From Candidatus Marinacidobacterales bacterium (GTDB lineage Bacteria > Acidobacteriota > Vicinamibacteria > Marinacidobacterales > SMYC01): 64,000 nt of DNA. The notes beneath the pieces are model-generated. The model was not told the origin of the DNA, ran no database searches, and worked only from the letters and a program-made list of their open reading frames with translations. Positions within the stretch are counted from its first letter, which is position 1, and every line of letters starts with the position of its first letter. Shown piece by piece: positions 33,187 to 44,559 of this stretch. Where the stretch lies: positions 2,816,001-2,880,000 of the forward strand of contig OZ250169.1 in NCBI GenBank assembly GCA_965237955.1. Direction: 5' to 3'. The translations under genes were made by a program, and so were the position numbers.

Positions 33187-35240
33187 TCCGACCGCCTTTT
33201 TGCCGATTGCTGCAGAGTCTCTAGCTCTCGCGGCAAGATGGCAAAAAGCACGACCATCACGACCGTGTTGATCACCGCCAGGAGGAGGGTAAGATCGAAA
33301 CCGGCCGCCATACGCAGCTCTGATAGGCCCGAGGCAAGGCGCTCCAAGAGCATGTAGCGAGTACCGTACAAGCGTCCCAGACCGGAATGCAGGAGAAGAT
33401 TCAAGATGTAGCTCGTCATGGCCCCGGCACAGAGGATCTTCAACCCTCGCGAGCCCAGACCGGTGCCGAAAAGAAGCGGGAACGCAACGTGCGGATGATT
33501 TTCGAAAACGCCAACCGAGAATGTGGCATAGGCAAGAAAAACGGTAGCGCTGGAGAGCAGTGCCGGGAGGGTTCCGGGAAACCGATACTGCTGCCAGCAA
33601 ATCCATGCCAAGACTAAAGCAAAGATCGCGGTTCCGACAGAGCCTGCCGCGAAAGAAACGTCGCTGAGTAAGAGACGGGAAACGGGGCCAGCGATCGAAA
33701 CCGTTCCCACTGTTGCCAAGTTCGCCAGGTGGCCATAGATCCACCAAGGATTGGGGTACCCGCTCGATAGATTTCCAGGAACGAGTTGACGAACGATCTG
33801 TACGACCATGGCGGGGAGGGTCCCTGCGATAGTGAAAGGGAGTAGAACGATCAGCGTCACACCTGCCGCGCCCGCGACCGCCCTCCCGATCGTCTCCCTA
33901 AGACGCGCTTGGTTCGCCAGCAATGCGACCAACACGCTGGGTGTCGCGACCGCACCCAGGAGTTTCGTCATCGAAGCCATGACCAGAAGTGCTCCGGCCG
34001 AGAGGGCGTGAGATCGACCCGCCGCAATGACCGCTACCATGACGAGAGGTGAGTAGGTCTGGTCCTGAAAACCGAGGATGGCACTGCTCAGCCAGGAAAT
34101 GGGGAGCGCCCAAAAGAGCGCGGCCAGGACCGCAGCACGGCGTGGTCGGTGCCGGAAGAGCCACAGCAAGATAGCGACGATCGCAACGTCTCCCGCTACG
34201 GCGGGTAGCTTGGCCGCCACGTTGCGCGCCTCGGCTCGGTCGAGAGGAAGCGGTAGGCTCTGTACGAAGCCCCAGGAGAGGCGCCAGGCGACCATGGCAA
34301 GTGGGGGATAGTCGATCAAGAAGCTCCGGTCGCGGCTTTGTACTTCCCACAGAGGTTCTTCTCCGCGAAGCTGGGAAAGGAAATGCCCTGGAGGAACCGC
34401 GTCCGGATCGCCGTAGACTCTTGTGATCCCGTGAGAGGTAGCGCGGGTGGTCCAGGCTTGCCAGTACTCCATATCCCAAGAGCCTGCTGAGGGTAGAAAG
34501 TACAGCCGCACCCAGGATCCGAAAACTGCCGCGATCAAGAGGGCCACCGCCAACCAATAAGATGACCGAGTGCCTCGTTCGAGACGTCGGCCGGCCTCGA
34601 AGCCCGAGAGCACGAGCCCGCCAATGAGAAGCAAACGTAAACAGGAGGGCCGGTCCGGGAAAAGCACGAAAACCATGGCCGGCGTATAAGCGAGAGTGAG
34701 GAGCCCTGCAGAGCAGAGGCCAAGACCGGTCGCCACGGCACGCCCCCTCCACACGAGAAAGACAAGCGTCAGAGCGCTGGCGAGGCCGCTTGCAGTAAGG
34801 ATGGAGCTCCAAGCCGGACTGGCCGTGGGAGTGACCGAGAGAGACCGAAGCCGGATTACGGGAGTCCCCTCGAGGCGGAAGATGTCCAGGCGCGCTCCCG
34901 GGTTGGTAGCACGGGGCAGCGTGAGACTTGCCGTTCCGCCGCTGTCTGATGGGAGTTGGTACACCGGACCCTGATCCACCGAGACGGCTAGCGTGGCTCG
35001 GGCGAGAGGCTCCTGCTCGAAGTTGATGAAGATGTTGGGAGCAAAGCGTCGGTTGATTCCAGGCAGGAGCACTACCGCTCTTTGGTCCACATTTCCTTTT
35101 GCGCTCACCCCCTTTACAAGACGTGGCCAACCCGCGGAATCTGGCCCGAGGCGGAAAGGAAAAGACGTGACGGCGAGAACGCTGATGCCGGCAAGGAAAC
35201 CCATGGCCGCTACGAGGCCGACGGGTTTCCAAAGAGTCAA
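33183..35240 (-). CDS. Polytopic membrane protein, probable GT-C glycosyltransferase
   Basis: GSWDMEYW, IDYPPL, KLPA..GD, S...G.QD and many TM segments resemble GT-C mannosyltransferase-like proteins. Confidence 0.6.
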   Translation of the reverse strand: MTLWKPVGLVAAMGFLAGISVLAVTSFPFRLGPDSAGWPRLVKGVSAKGNVDQRAVVLLPGINRRFAPNIFINFEQEPLARATLAVSVDQGPVYQLPSDSGGTASLTLPRATNPGARLDIFRLEGTPVIRLRSLSVTPTASPAWSSILTASGLASALTLVFLVWRGRAVATGLGLCSAGLLTLAYTPAMVFVLFPDRPSCLRLLLIGGLVLSGFEAGRRLERGTRSSYWLAVALLIAAVFGSWVRLYFLPSAGSWDMEYWQAWTTRATSHGITRVYGDPDAVPPGHFLSQLRGEEPLWEVQSRDRSFLIDYPPLAMVAWRLSWGFVQSLPLPLDRAEARNVAAKLPAVAGDVAIVAILLWLFRHRPRRAAVLAALFWALPISWLSSAILGFQDQTYSPLVMVAVIAAGRSHALSAGALLVMASMTKLLGAVATPSVLVALLANQARLRETIGRAVAGAAGVTLIVLLPFTIAGTLPAMVVQIVRQLVPGNLSSGYPNPWWIYGHLANLATVGTVSIAGPVSRLLLSDVSFAAGSVGTAIFALVLAWICWQQYRFPGTLPALLSSATVFLAYATFSVGVFENHPHVAFPLLFGTGLGSRGLKILCAGAMTSYILNLLLHSGLGRLYGTRYMLLERLASGLSELRMAAGFDLTLLLAVINTVVMVVLFAILPRELETLQQSAKRRSE

Positions 35241-35688
35241 AGAAGTGACGTCCTTAGTTTGAGATGAGCGGCATTATATTTCAGCCACGCCATCTGGTGT
35301 GGGACTGAGAAGAGCTCTTGATCTGTATTGGTCACCGCGAGGGGAAATCGATTTCAGGGGAAGTTGTGGCCGCGGTGACCCCATGACTTGCCGACGATGG
35401 CGTCCACGGCCGGCTGGTGGAAGGCGGGAAGATGTGATTGGAGACGGTCTCTTTAGTCTCTCACAAAGCTCCCTTCCGGCAACTAAGTCTTCCAGTCCAT
35501 CGCGACTCCTTCCGCTGAACTGGAACACGTATCCCACCGCGATGGCGAATTCAAGCGGCCTTTGGGAAGGTGCAAACTGCTGACCCGCTGCCGCACGGGG
35601 TGCTTGCCCTGTTCGCTGTTGATCGATCGACTGCAAGCCCATGAAATCATGAGTATAACAGCCTATTTTTCAACGCCGCTACACTGGA

Positions 35689-35968
35689 ATGATGAAAACC
35701 ATCCAGAATCAGGCATGCTCCAAGCCAGGGTGCGAGAACTGTGGAAAGCGGGGCATCAACATCGGTGGCCACGGCTGGTTTACCACCAAGTCGGGTCGCC
35801 GACGGCGTTACCGTTGCAAGATATGCGGGGGAACCGTTAGGCAGGAACACGGGCACAGCGTATTCCGGCCTTCGCTGCACTCGCGGGGAGTTCGACCAAG
35901 TAGCGAGCCTGCGAGTCGAGGGCGTGAGCATTTCTGCCACGGCCCGTCTCGCGGGTCGTTCCCGCAAA
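35689..35968 (+). pseudogene. IS1-like transposase N-terminal remnant
   Basis: C..PGC.NCG...HG..T.SG.R.RYRC..CG zinc ribbon, then a frameshifted L.VEG.SISATAR HTH; cut by a type C end. Confidence 0.6.
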
Positions 35969-35970
35969 CA

Positions 35971-36132
35971 CCTGTGCCTTCTATTTATTCATCCGCGCGC
36001 CCCGAACTTGATTGGTCTTCGGTCTACCGGCACCATACCTACATGATTTCGTCGTTTGTTCTTGCTCTCATCTCTGCCTTCAAGGCTCGTCGCGAGCTGG
36101 TGCCCGCGGATGAATAAAATAGAAGGCACAGG
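35971..36132. mobile_element. Type C MITE (internally deleted element)
   Basis: CCTGTGCCTTCTATTTATTCATCCG ... CGGATGAATAAAATAGAAGGCACAGG enclosing the first codons of the type C transposase. Confidence 0.8.
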
Positions 36133-36244
36133 TCGGAAGACAGCCCTGCGGCGCGAGATACCCTCGCTTCTGCGCGGATTCCAAGGGCGTCTAAGCTGCT
36201 GATTTGTGGTCTATTTCAAAAGGGCCGAGTTTTGGCACAGGACG

Positions 36245-36557
36245 GGGTCGGTTGCAGACGGCTGGGGTTGCGTGGGCGATTGAGGAACGTGGCGACCATC
36301 GCGTTCTATCGGAGGCTTCGGGCACCTGCGTATTCCTGGATCCGAGAACGAAGGGCTGTGGGATCTACGACGTGCGGCCGACGCAGTGCCGGAACTTCCC
36401 CTTCACGCCGGGCAAAGACTCGCCAATCGCTACTCGTTCACAGTGGAACACGGCGCGAGAGCACTGTCCTGGTATCGGTATCGGACGATACTACGACAAG
36501 CGACACATTCGAAAGTTAGTTCGGGGTCGCGCCCAGCATGGTAGCTTCCAAGTCTGA
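36245..36557 (+). pseudogene. YkgJ/CxxCxxCC-family protein, 5'-truncated
   Basis: CVFLD....C.IY..RP.QCR.FPF...CPGIG; starts at a type A end. Confidence 0.75.
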
Positions 36558-36571
36558 GGACCGCGGTAGGG

Positions 36572-36978
36572 CGTCGTGTCCAAAAACACAAACGAACTCA
36601 AGACCGGCCCGCCGGGACGTTTCGGAATAGACGTATCTACGTTTGATTGGCCAATGGGAGCTAGAATCCTCGGTCATGAGCACGCCGGTCCAGCCCTTGA
36701 CCTTGTTGGTCGTCGCCATCGCTGGTTGGCTCCAGCGTGACCATCAGGCCGCTATCGTCTACTTGCTCGAGGAGAACAAAATCCTCAAAGCTCGGCTTTG
36801 CGGGAGGAAGCTTCGTCTCACAGACGACGAGCGATGTCGGCTCGCGGTAAAGGGTAAGGCGCTTGGCCGGAAACTCTTGGCAGAAGTCGCCGGTATCGTC
36901 ACACCGGAAACCCTTCTGGCTTGGCACCGAAGGCTCATCGCCGTCGTGTCCAAAAATACAAACGAACTCAAGACCGGC
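36572..36978 (+). mobile_element. Type B left end, transposase N-terminus (ATG about 36676) and a second type B end
   Basis: MSTPVQPLTLLVVAIAGWLQRDHQ..I.YL.EEN.IL...LA.KGK.LGR..L..VA.IVTPETLL.WHR, homologous to the type A transposase. Confidence 0.85.
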
Positions 36979-37218
36979 TAGCAACGCGCCCTCGTCGCAA
37001 CGCTTTAAGGTAGGCCACGCCTGTAAAGCCAACCCGCGGCTACTGCCACGCTCGCTTTTGGCCTCCATCATTCGGCGAACGGCATTGCCCCTTATTAATG
37101 TGGTAGCGGGATGGCTGGCTGTTCATCGGCTCATTGTGTCAGTCGCCGTCTCAACTTGATAGCACCTGACAATACCCTAGCACGCTACCGAACCGTCTCA
37201 CGCTAGAATGGCTTCGTT

Positions 37219-37977
37219 ATGTCGAAGCTGTACTTTCGGACTCTATGGGCCGGCGTCGCGTCGCCCTTTGCGGCAGCGGGTCTTGGCCTGTTCGTCTATC
37301 GGGGCCTGACGCGCGCGAGCGCCGACAGGGACGCCGACTTCGTCTTCCGTCTCTCCATAGTCGCGATCGCGATGGCCTTGCCGGGCATCATCACTCTCGT
37401 CCTCGCGCTCGCCGACCACCGCAAAGGAGCCTTCTCAACCATGAGCAAGGTGGGCCTGATGCTCGGCATTTTGTCGCTCGGTCTCGTGTTCCTTCCGATT
37501 CGAGGCGTCGTCGAGCGCGCTACGCAGGCGCGGAATCTGGCGCTCAGTGACGTCGAGGCGCCGCCTTTCTCGACGGCGGACATCCACGGCAACACTCATC
37601 GTCTCGACGAGCATGGAGGAAAGGTCGTGCTCGTAAACGTTTGGGCGACCTGGTGTCCGCCGTGCCGCAAGGAAATGCCGGGTCTCGACAAGCTCTATCA
37701 GGAACGCAAGAAACAGGGATTCATGGTCTTCGGCCTCTCCACAGAGGACCTCGAAACGCAGCTCGACTTCGAAGAAAACGTCCTGTCGGTGAGCTACCCC
37801 CTTCTGACGATCGAGGGGGACGTCCCCGAGATTTATCAGACGACGGCGCGATACCCCGCCAACTACCTAATCGATCGCGAAGGACGGCTGCAACCCGCGC
37901 CGAGTACGGAGCAGCCTTTCGAGAATCTCGTCGTCGCCGTCGACGCGCTCCTGAAGCAGCAGATCATTCGTCGGTAG
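37219..37977 (+). CDS. TlpA-family thiol-disulfide oxidoreductase with N-terminal TM segments
   Basis: GKVVLVNVWATWCPPCRKEMP, YP.NYLIDREG. Confidence 0.9.
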   Translation: MSKLYFRTLWAGVASPFAAAGLGLFVYRGLTRASADRDADFVFRLSIVAIAMALPGIITLVLALADHRKGAFSTMSKVGLMLGILSLGLVFLPIRGVVERATQARNLALSDVEAPPFSTADIHGNTHRLDEHGGKVVLVNVWATWCPPCRKEMPGLDKLYQERKKQGFMVFGLSTEDLETQLDFEENVLSVSYPLLTIEGDVPEIYQTTARYPANYLIDREGRLQPAPSTEQPFENLVVAVDALLKQQIIRR

Positions 37978-38261
37978 CGACGGCCACCCTAGGTGGGCGG
38001 CGCGGGCCCGAGCTCTCGCGCAAGCCTTTCCTTCTCAGCTTCGAAGTCGGCCCGGAATGCGTCCGCAACGGGCGGACCTGGCGGGTAGGTCTGCGCGTCG
38101 TGTCCAAGAATACAAACGCACTCTAAGACCCGCGCGACGGGCCATCGTCGAGTTCATCTATATTATGTAGAGCGCCACCATCATCCAAGGGCGTCTAAGC
38201 TGCTGATTTGTGGTCTATTTCAAAAGGGCCGAGTTTTGGCACAGGACGGGCACGGCGAGTA

Positions 38262-38480
38262 CCTATGGTGATCCATCGACGCGGGCCCTGGCGTGGTCCT
38301 GAGGACGTCGAGTTAGCCACCCTCGAGTGGGTGCATTGGTACAACACGCAACGACTCTTGGAGCCGAGCGGAAATGTCTCCCCGGTCGAGTACGAGATGA
38401 ACTACTATCGGTCGCAGGAAGGCTCGCTGGAGATGGCGAGGCTCAACTAAAACAGTCTCGGGAAAACCCGGGGCGGTTCA
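38262..38480 (+). mobile_element. IS3-family 3' remnant
   Basis: GPWR..EDVELATLEWVHWYN..RL; right end ...GGGGCGGTTCA. Confidence 0.8.
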
Positions 38481-38707
38481 ATTCACCAAATTCCTCACTC
38501 TGGAGTCGGACCTAAGTTCGGGGGAAGATCATCATGACCAAGGATTTGGCTATCTCCTGCCGCAGTTGCTGTGGTTGCGTGCCGCGTTAGATTCGCAAAG
38601 GAGGGAAGTGTGGATACCATAACAATCGTCCTTCTGGTTCTTGTTGCCATTAGTGTGGCGGCTCTATTCTTTACCTGGCAGACATCCCAAAAGAACGGAA
38701 GATTGTC

Positions 38708-38821
38708 TGCCTTGGTGCATAAATACAGGTAAGTCATTGATTCCATTGACTCTGCTATTTTTGCACCAAAAACGTAACCTGCTGATTCCTTTAGAGTTGT
38801 CCAGAGTTATGCACCAAGGCA
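38708..38821. mobile_element. 114-bp MITE with IS5 type 1 ends
   Basis: TGCCTTGGTGCATAA ... TTATGCACCAAGGCA; inverted copy at 61589-61702. Confidence 0.88.
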
Positions 38822-38930
38822 GTGAACCACAGCCTGTGACTGATGACGACGACCGGTACGGGCGCCGCGTCTTCGTCGGCCGAGAAGCCACGACCGAGCG
38901 CCGGAGGCACACCAAGCACGTCGAAGTAAT
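38822..38930 (-). pseudogene. ADOP/MacB-type ABC permease internal fragment
   Basis: YFDVLGVPPALGRGFS.DED....VVVISHRLW. Confidence 0.65.
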
Positions 38931-39000
38931 GGCGAAGAGACCCCAGCAATCGTTGATGAACGGATCGATCACTTTGAACACGAAACGCAGAGTTTCCTCG

Positions 39001-39146
39001 CTGGCGGCAACGAGTTGAACACCGAATTGGGTGCGAGATACTCAACAAGATGGCTGCGTTCGGGATGCCCGATACGTACTGCGCCGGGTGACTCTGCAAC
39101 CGGCACAGGGAGGTCAGCGATTTGCTCCGGGCCGTGCAACAACGCC
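39001..39146 (+). mobile_element. IS5 type 2, 3' remnant
   Basis: Matches about 21411-21557, including the right inverted repeat. Confidence 0.85.
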
Positions 39147-39293
39147 GAGCCGGCATGAGATTCGGCACGCTCGACCTGCGACCGAACCTCCTCTCCAGCT
39201 GCTCACAGAGGCTCGACGGCCGGCGGATTGTCCGCGAAGCCTCTCGAACAACGCCACGAGGAAACAAGACTCCCTTGATATGCTTTCGGAGAC

Positions 39294-41267
39294 ATGAAAG
39301 TCGGTTTTGACGTCCGCGTCTCGGCGCTGTGCCTCTTGCTCGCCCCCACCGTTTCCTCTACCGGTGCAGCGGAGACCGTTGCAGACACGAAGTTCAGTGT
39401 GAACCGAGGTTTCTACGTAATCCCTTTCCGCGTGAAGATCAGTTCCGTCACGCCCGACGCCGAGATTCGATATACGACCGACGGCAGCGAGCCCGCGCTC
39501 AACCACGGCTCCGGCGGCCCGAGCCCTCAGCTCGTCGAAGTCACGACGACGACCGTGCTCCGTGCCAAGGCGTTTCGCGAAGGTCTTGAGCCCACCAACG
39601 TGGATACACAGACATACCTGTTTACGAACCACGTGCTCGAGCAGCCCGACGAGATCCCGGGCTATCCGTCCCTTGTCATGAGAACTAGCGGGAGCACATC
39701 AGCGACTCTCGATTACGGAATGGACCCGGAGATCGCGCGCGACCCGGCCTACCGTGAGCGACTCCTCGATGGACTCGAGTCCATTCCTTCCATTTCGCTC
39801 GTCCTGCCGAAGGAGCACATGTTCGGACACGGCGGCATCTATTACGCCACGGACGGAAACGGCCCCACGCATGCGGCGTCGGTGGAGGTGCTCTACGCCG
39901 ACGAGCCGGATGCGAGCTTCCAGGTCGATTGCGGTCTCGAATCTCACGCGACCGTTGCGGTAAAGCGTTCCTTCAAGCTCAAGTTTCAGAGCGAGTTTGG
40001 GCCGGGAAAGCTCGTGACCCCGTTCTTCAGGGGCTCGCCGTTGAACGGCGACTCCGCCACAACCGTCATCGACCGTATCGTGCTCCGCGCCGGAAACGAG
40101 CGCTCCTTCGCCCTTCGTGGCTATCCCCATCGAACGACTTATGCGCGCGACGAGTGGGCGCGCGACAGCCAGATCGCGATGACGGGCGCTGGCTCGCGCG
40201 GTCTCTTCGTGCATTTGTACATCAACGGTCTCTATTGGGGCCTCTACAACGCCGTCGAGCGCCCGGACGCGTGGTTCACATCTGCCTACTTTGGCGGCAC
40301 GCCCGACGATTGGGCGGTCGTGAACCACGGGGGGCGCGTGTCCGGAAGCCTGACACGTTGGGACTACCTGCGGAGGGTGCTCAAAAGCAAGAACATGACC
40401 GAAGCTGCTCACTTCGAAGAGCTCGAAGAATACTTGGATGTGACGCGGTTCGCCGATTACCTGATCCTCGCGTTCTACGCAGGCTTCGGAGACTGGCCAC
40501 TCAACAACTGGTACGGCGCGAACCGCAATCGAGAGCCCGGCCCGTTCATGTTTTTCGTCTGGGACGCCGAAGTGAGCTGGGTGTGGAACCGTCGTCGAGA
40601 CGGCGCCCGGCGCCGCCCCGACCGCCCGTGGAACATCCAAGAGCATTTCCGCTCGAGCCTCGATTTGAAGGGCCCGACCATGGTCGGGATATGGCACGCC
40701 GCGCGCAAAAACATCGACTTCATGATGCTGTTCGCGGATCGTGTCTACGAACATTGTTTCGGCAACGGCGCCTTGAGCGACGCGCGCTCGCTGGCGCGAT
40801 GGGACGTGTTGACCGACACGATTGCGCAGGCGGTCGTCGCGGAGTCCGCGCGATGGGGCGACGTCAACGAAGAGCTCGGGGACCACGTGAGGACGGCGGA
40901 AACATTCGATACCGACGTAGCGCGCGTAAGGTCGATGATGGACGGCGCCGCCTCACGCCTCATCGATACCTTACGGAGGGAGGGCTATTATCCGAATATC
41001 GATCCCCCGCGCCTCGAGGTGAGCCGTGGTTTTCTGGGACGCCAAAGCTTCTCGGCCTCGAATCCGAATGACGGCGGGGTGGTGTACTACACGGCTGACG
41101 GCACCGATCCACGGGCCGCCGGCGGCGCCGTCGCGGCCAGTGCGTCGATTGGCGAAGACAAAGAGCGGCTTCGGGCGGAGCGCGACGCGAGGATCAAAGC
41201 GCGCGTCCTGAAGGACGGCGTATGGAGCGCTCTCGCGACCGCGACCACGCCACTACCGGCGTCGTAA
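39294..41267 (+). CDS. Secreted CotH-like protein with Fn3-associated (chitobiase-like) domains
   Basis: Signal peptide; IRYTTDGSEP and VYYT.DGTDP domains; VHLYING.YWGLYN..ERPD, DWP.NNW, WDAE. Confidence 0.82.
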   Translation: MKVGFDVRVSALCLLLAPTVSSTGAAETVADTKFSVNRGFYVIPFRVKISSVTPDAEIRYTTDGSEPALNHGSGGPSPQLVEVTTTTVLRAKAFREGLEPTNVDTQTYLFTNHVLEQPDEIPGYPSLVMRTSGSTSATLDYGMDPEIARDPAYRERLLDGLESIPSISLVLPKEHMFGHGGIYYATDGNGPTHAASVEVLYADEPDASFQVDCGLESHATVAVKRSFKLKFQSEFGPGKLVTPFFRGSPLNGDSATTVIDRIVLRAGNERSFALRGYPHRTTYARDEWARDSQIAMTGAGSRGLFVHLYINGLYWGLYNAVERPDAWFTSAYFGGTPDDWAVVNHGGRVSGSLTRWDYLRRVLKSKNMTEAAHFEELEEYLDVTRFADYLILAFYAGFGDWPLNNWYGANRNREPGPFMFFVWDAEVSWVWNRRRDGARRRPDRPWNIQEHFRSSLDLKGPTMVGIWHAARKNIDFMMLFADRVYEHCFGNGALSDARSLARWDVLTDTIAQAVVAESARWGDVNEELGDHVRTAETFDTDVARVRSMMDGAASRLIDTLRREGYYPNIDPPRLEVSRGFLGRQSFSASNPNDGGVVYYTADGTDPRAAGGAVAASASIGEDKERLRAERDARIKARVLKDGVWSALATATTPLPAS

Positions 41268-41786
41268 TTGTTTACTGCGTATTCCAGCCATCGTGAACGC
41301 CGAATCCAGAGCAAGCTGAACAGCGAATCCGGTGAAGCCGAACGCTCATCGAAGCGATGAAGTGTTGGGTGACCTCCTTCCCACTGATTGAAAACGTGAA
41401 CCTATCTTACCTGCGTGTTGTGTAGCAAGGGGCGGCAGGTCGGTGCCGGAGGGAGCGGGCGTAAGGAAAGACGCGAAGCGACCTTCCCGCTCCCGTCCTG
41501 TGCCAAAATTAGGCCCTTTTGAAATAAACAACAAATCAGCAGCTTAGTGTCTGTGTTTGCGCCCGGGCCAAGGGCGTGCAATTCCTACTCCTCGTTCTGG
41601 CTGGCTGACTCAACCGCCAGGAGCAGGATGTGATCGACTACCTGCGAGAGGAGAACCGTGTGCTCCGATCCTGTGCGCGCGGATGAATAAATAGAAGGTA
41701 CAACCGGCAGTTCGCCAATCTCATACAGCTCGAGTTTATGGAAGGGACAACCCTCGGAGCGGAACCCGGCTGTGCTGACCCGCGCG

Positions 41787-44258
41787 TCAGAACCTGAACT
41801 TCATCTCGCCTACAACGGTCCGCCGGAGCAGGTCGCCGAAGATGTGCTGCTGGACAGTTTGGTTGAACAGGTTGGTCACCTTCACCGTCGTCGTGACGGT
41901 GCCTCCCTGCCACTTCACCCCGAAGCTACCGTTCACCGTCGCGTACCCGTCGGTGTAGCCGTGATACGCCGACGTGAGGACGTCGCTCCAGAACGCGTCG
42001 GTGGCGGCGTTCACCGAGGCGGAGCCCAGCAGCCTCGACCCGTTCCACGTCATCGCTGCGTTGAACCGGTGCGTCGGGGGCAGGTTGAGCTCCGCCGGCA
42101 GATACGGGTTCGGATTGTCCAGGATCTCCGGTTCGGACTGCCACGAGTAGTTGATGGACGCGGCTAGCGACCGTGAGACCTTCTGTTCGAGCCACAGCTC
42201 CATGCCGGTCTGGCGGATCGGACCCAAATTCAGGTATGTGAACGCGGTTCGAGGCAGAAAGATCCCTAACTGCGCCATCTGCGTCAGCACGAGCGGCGGG
42301 AGCCGCCATCCGGGCGGTGGACTTGCTGCGGTATACGGGTCGAGACTTGGCGGCAGCGCGGTGAAGTTGATGGAGTCATCCCGCCGGTTGACGAAGAACG
42401 AGCCGCCGAGCGTCGTCCCGCGCGGGAGCACGCCAGTGTAGCTCACTTCGTACGCCGTCAACGATTCCTCCGTCAACTCGTCCTGGGGCATCCCGCCGAT
42501 CGGGATGTCGCTGCCGGACGCGCCGACCACGAGCGGAAACGGCTGGGCGACCGCTGGCTGCAGCACCGGCGGCAGAAGCGGCGCGAGGGCGCTCAGGTCC
42601 ACCGGGCTGACGATGTTCGTCTGCAGGGCGTTGTTGATGACCGACGGCGCACGGAAGGCTCGGTTGTACGACAGCGTGACGGAGTGATCCTCTGCCGGCT
42701 TGACGATGAACGCGATCCGCGGCGAGAACTTTGGGTCGGAGAGGTTGCCGAATTTGTCCACGCGCCCGCCCAGAACGAGGCGGAACCGTTCCCAGAAGAT
42801 CTCGTCCTGCAGGTACCCGCCCACCTCGAGGCGGTTCTCGCCAAGCGGTGCGAGGGTGATGTCGAAGTTGTTCTGCCGCACGTTGCCACCGTAGTTCAGC
42901 CGGTGCCGGCTTCCGAGGAACACCGAGTGGCCGATCTCGCCGTCGAACGTCTGTGACTTGAAGTCGAGCTGCTGCGGCATCCCGGTGGCGATGTCCGGCA
43001 GCAACAGGTTCGGTGCCTTGCCGTCCAGGAAGTTCGCGAAGAACTGTATCTGCAGGTCGCCCCGCGTGTAGTTCAGCTTGCCGTAGCCCATGTATGTCCC
43101 CGACTGCATGTCGAACGGACCGATGCCGCTGTGGACGATTCCTTCCGTGCCGGCCACGCCGCCCGAGTAAGTGATGGTGGCATCGGACAGCTCCTGGTCG
43201 ACCCGCACCTCGAACTTCGGCTGGCTGGTGCCCCGGTTCGCGAATCCGGTCCCGAATGCGGCGGTGCCCGAGTCCAGAGGGTAGAACGCTCCTCCCACGG
43301 TCTGTCCGGGCTGACGCGGGTCGTCGATCACCGGGATCCGGCCCGTCGGCCGGGCGAACGCGTCGGACCTGAAGTAGCCGCCGCTGACGCGGTACGACAG
43401 CCGGTCGCTCGGCGCCCGCGTCACGGTCGCGTTCGCACCGAACATCGAGCCCTCGCCAAGTCCGACGCCCGATCCGTCATTCCGGTCGACGTACCCGCCG
43501 CTGAGCGTCACCGTCGTGCCGACCGATTCCCGCGGCGGCTTGGTGATGATGTTGACCGCCCCGGTCATGGCGTTGGCGCCCCACACCGCGGACGCTGGCC
43601 CCCGCACCACCTCGATCTGCTCCACGTCGTCGAAGTTGGTCGGGAGCAGGTCCCACATCACGAGGCCGAAGAAGTCAAGGTAGACGCTGCGTCCGTCCAC
43701 CAGGACGAGCTGCGAGTTCGTCAGCGTGTTGCCGGGGCTGCGGCTGGTGACCTGCACGTCGCGGGCCGAGAGCTGGATCACGTTGACGCCCGGCGTCGCA
43801 CGCAGGAGGTCGCCGTAGTTCTGGGCCGGCGTGGTTTCAAGCGTGGCGGTGGAGATGACCGACATGGACACCGGCGCATCGATCAGCCGGACCTCGTTTC
43901 GCGATGCGGTCACGACCACCGTGTCACCGAAGCTGGCGAGCTGCAGCACCACCTCGGGCAGCACCACCACGCCGTCGGACACCACCACGTCATTGACCGT
44001 CGCATCAGAGAAGCCGGTCAGAGACACGGTCAGCGTGTAGGTGCCCGGAGCGATTCCGCCGGACAGCTCGAAGTCGCCCCGCTCGTCCGAATAGACGGTG
44101 CGCGGTACGCCGTCTCCTCGCAACGTCACGGTGGTGCCCGACAGCACCAGACCGGTCTGGTCAACGACGCTGCCGGTGACGCTTCCGGTCTGCGCCGATC
44201 CGGACGCCGGCCATGTGACGAGCAGGAAAAGGCGCAAAATTCCAACGTGACGAATCAT
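41787..44258 (-). CDS. TonB-dependent receptor
   Basis: SD GGAGG before ATG 44258; carboxypeptidase-like N-domain, DTVVVTASR TonB box, LVLVDGRS, IEVVRGP.SA.WG.NA..G..NIIT, C-terminal F. Confidence 0.92.
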   Translation of the reverse strand: MIRHVGILRLFLLVTWPASGSAQTGSVTGSVVDQTGLVLSGTTVTLRGDGVPRTVYSDERGDFELSGGIAPGTYTLTVSLTGFSDATVNDVVVSDGVVVLPEVVLQLASFGDTVVVTASRNEVRLIDAPVSMSVISTATLETTPAQNYGDLLRATPGVNVIQLSARDVQVTSRSPGNTLTNSQLVLVDGRSVYLDFFGLVMWDLLPTNFDDVEQIEVVRGPASAVWGANAMTGAVNIITKPPRESVGTTVTLSGGYVDRNDGSGVGLGEGSMFGANATVTRAPSDRLSYRVSGGYFRSDAFARPTGRIPVIDDPRQPGQTVGGAFYPLDSGTAAFGTGFANRGTSQPKFEVRVDQELSDATITYSGGVAGTEGIVHSGIGPFDMQSGTYMGYGKLNYTRGDLQIQFFANFLDGKAPNLLLPDIATGMPQQLDFKSQTFDGEIGHSVFLGSRHRLNYGGNVRQNNFDITLAPLGENRLEVGGYLQDEIFWERFRLVLGGRVDKFGNLSDPKFSPRIAFIVKPAEDHSVTLSYNRAFRAPSVINNALQTNIVSPVDLSALAPLLPPVLQPAVAQPFPLVVGASGSDIPIGGMPQDELTEESLTAYEVSYTGVLPRGTTLGGSFFVNRRDDSINFTALPPSLDPYTAASPPPGWRLPPLVLTQMAQLGIFLPRTAFTYLNLGPIRQTGMELWLEQKVSRSLAASINYSWQSEPEILDNPNPYLPAELNLPPTHRFNAAMTWNGSRLLGSASVNAATDAFWSDVLTSAYHGYTDGYATVNGSFGVKWQGGTVTTTVKVTNLFNQTVQQHIFGDLLRRTVVGEMKFRF

Positions 44259-44559
44259 CAAGTAACCTCCACTAAGATTTCGGACGCATGCCAGATGTGG
44301 TCTCGTCATGACCATCACCTCGGATTGTAGATGAAAGATCAGGAAAGTGTCACGAGCAGCACGTGATGCGGGCTGGGCTGACCACACGGTGCCTGACGTT
44401 CAGAGACACCTTCGTGTGCACGCCGACATCCTCATTAATGGCGTTCGCCGACACAGGCAGGCCAGCTGACACTAGCATTCAAACACGGCGTAGCAACATA
44501 TCTGGACTCCTCTAGTCAAGCCCCTTTCTTAATAAATCTTCCATCGAAGCTGCGCATCC

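Noticed and set aside
43131-44330. Long antisense ORFs (also 979-2085, 39699-40886, 58361-59599)
   Set aside because: Shadow frames of real GC-rich genes on the opposite strand.
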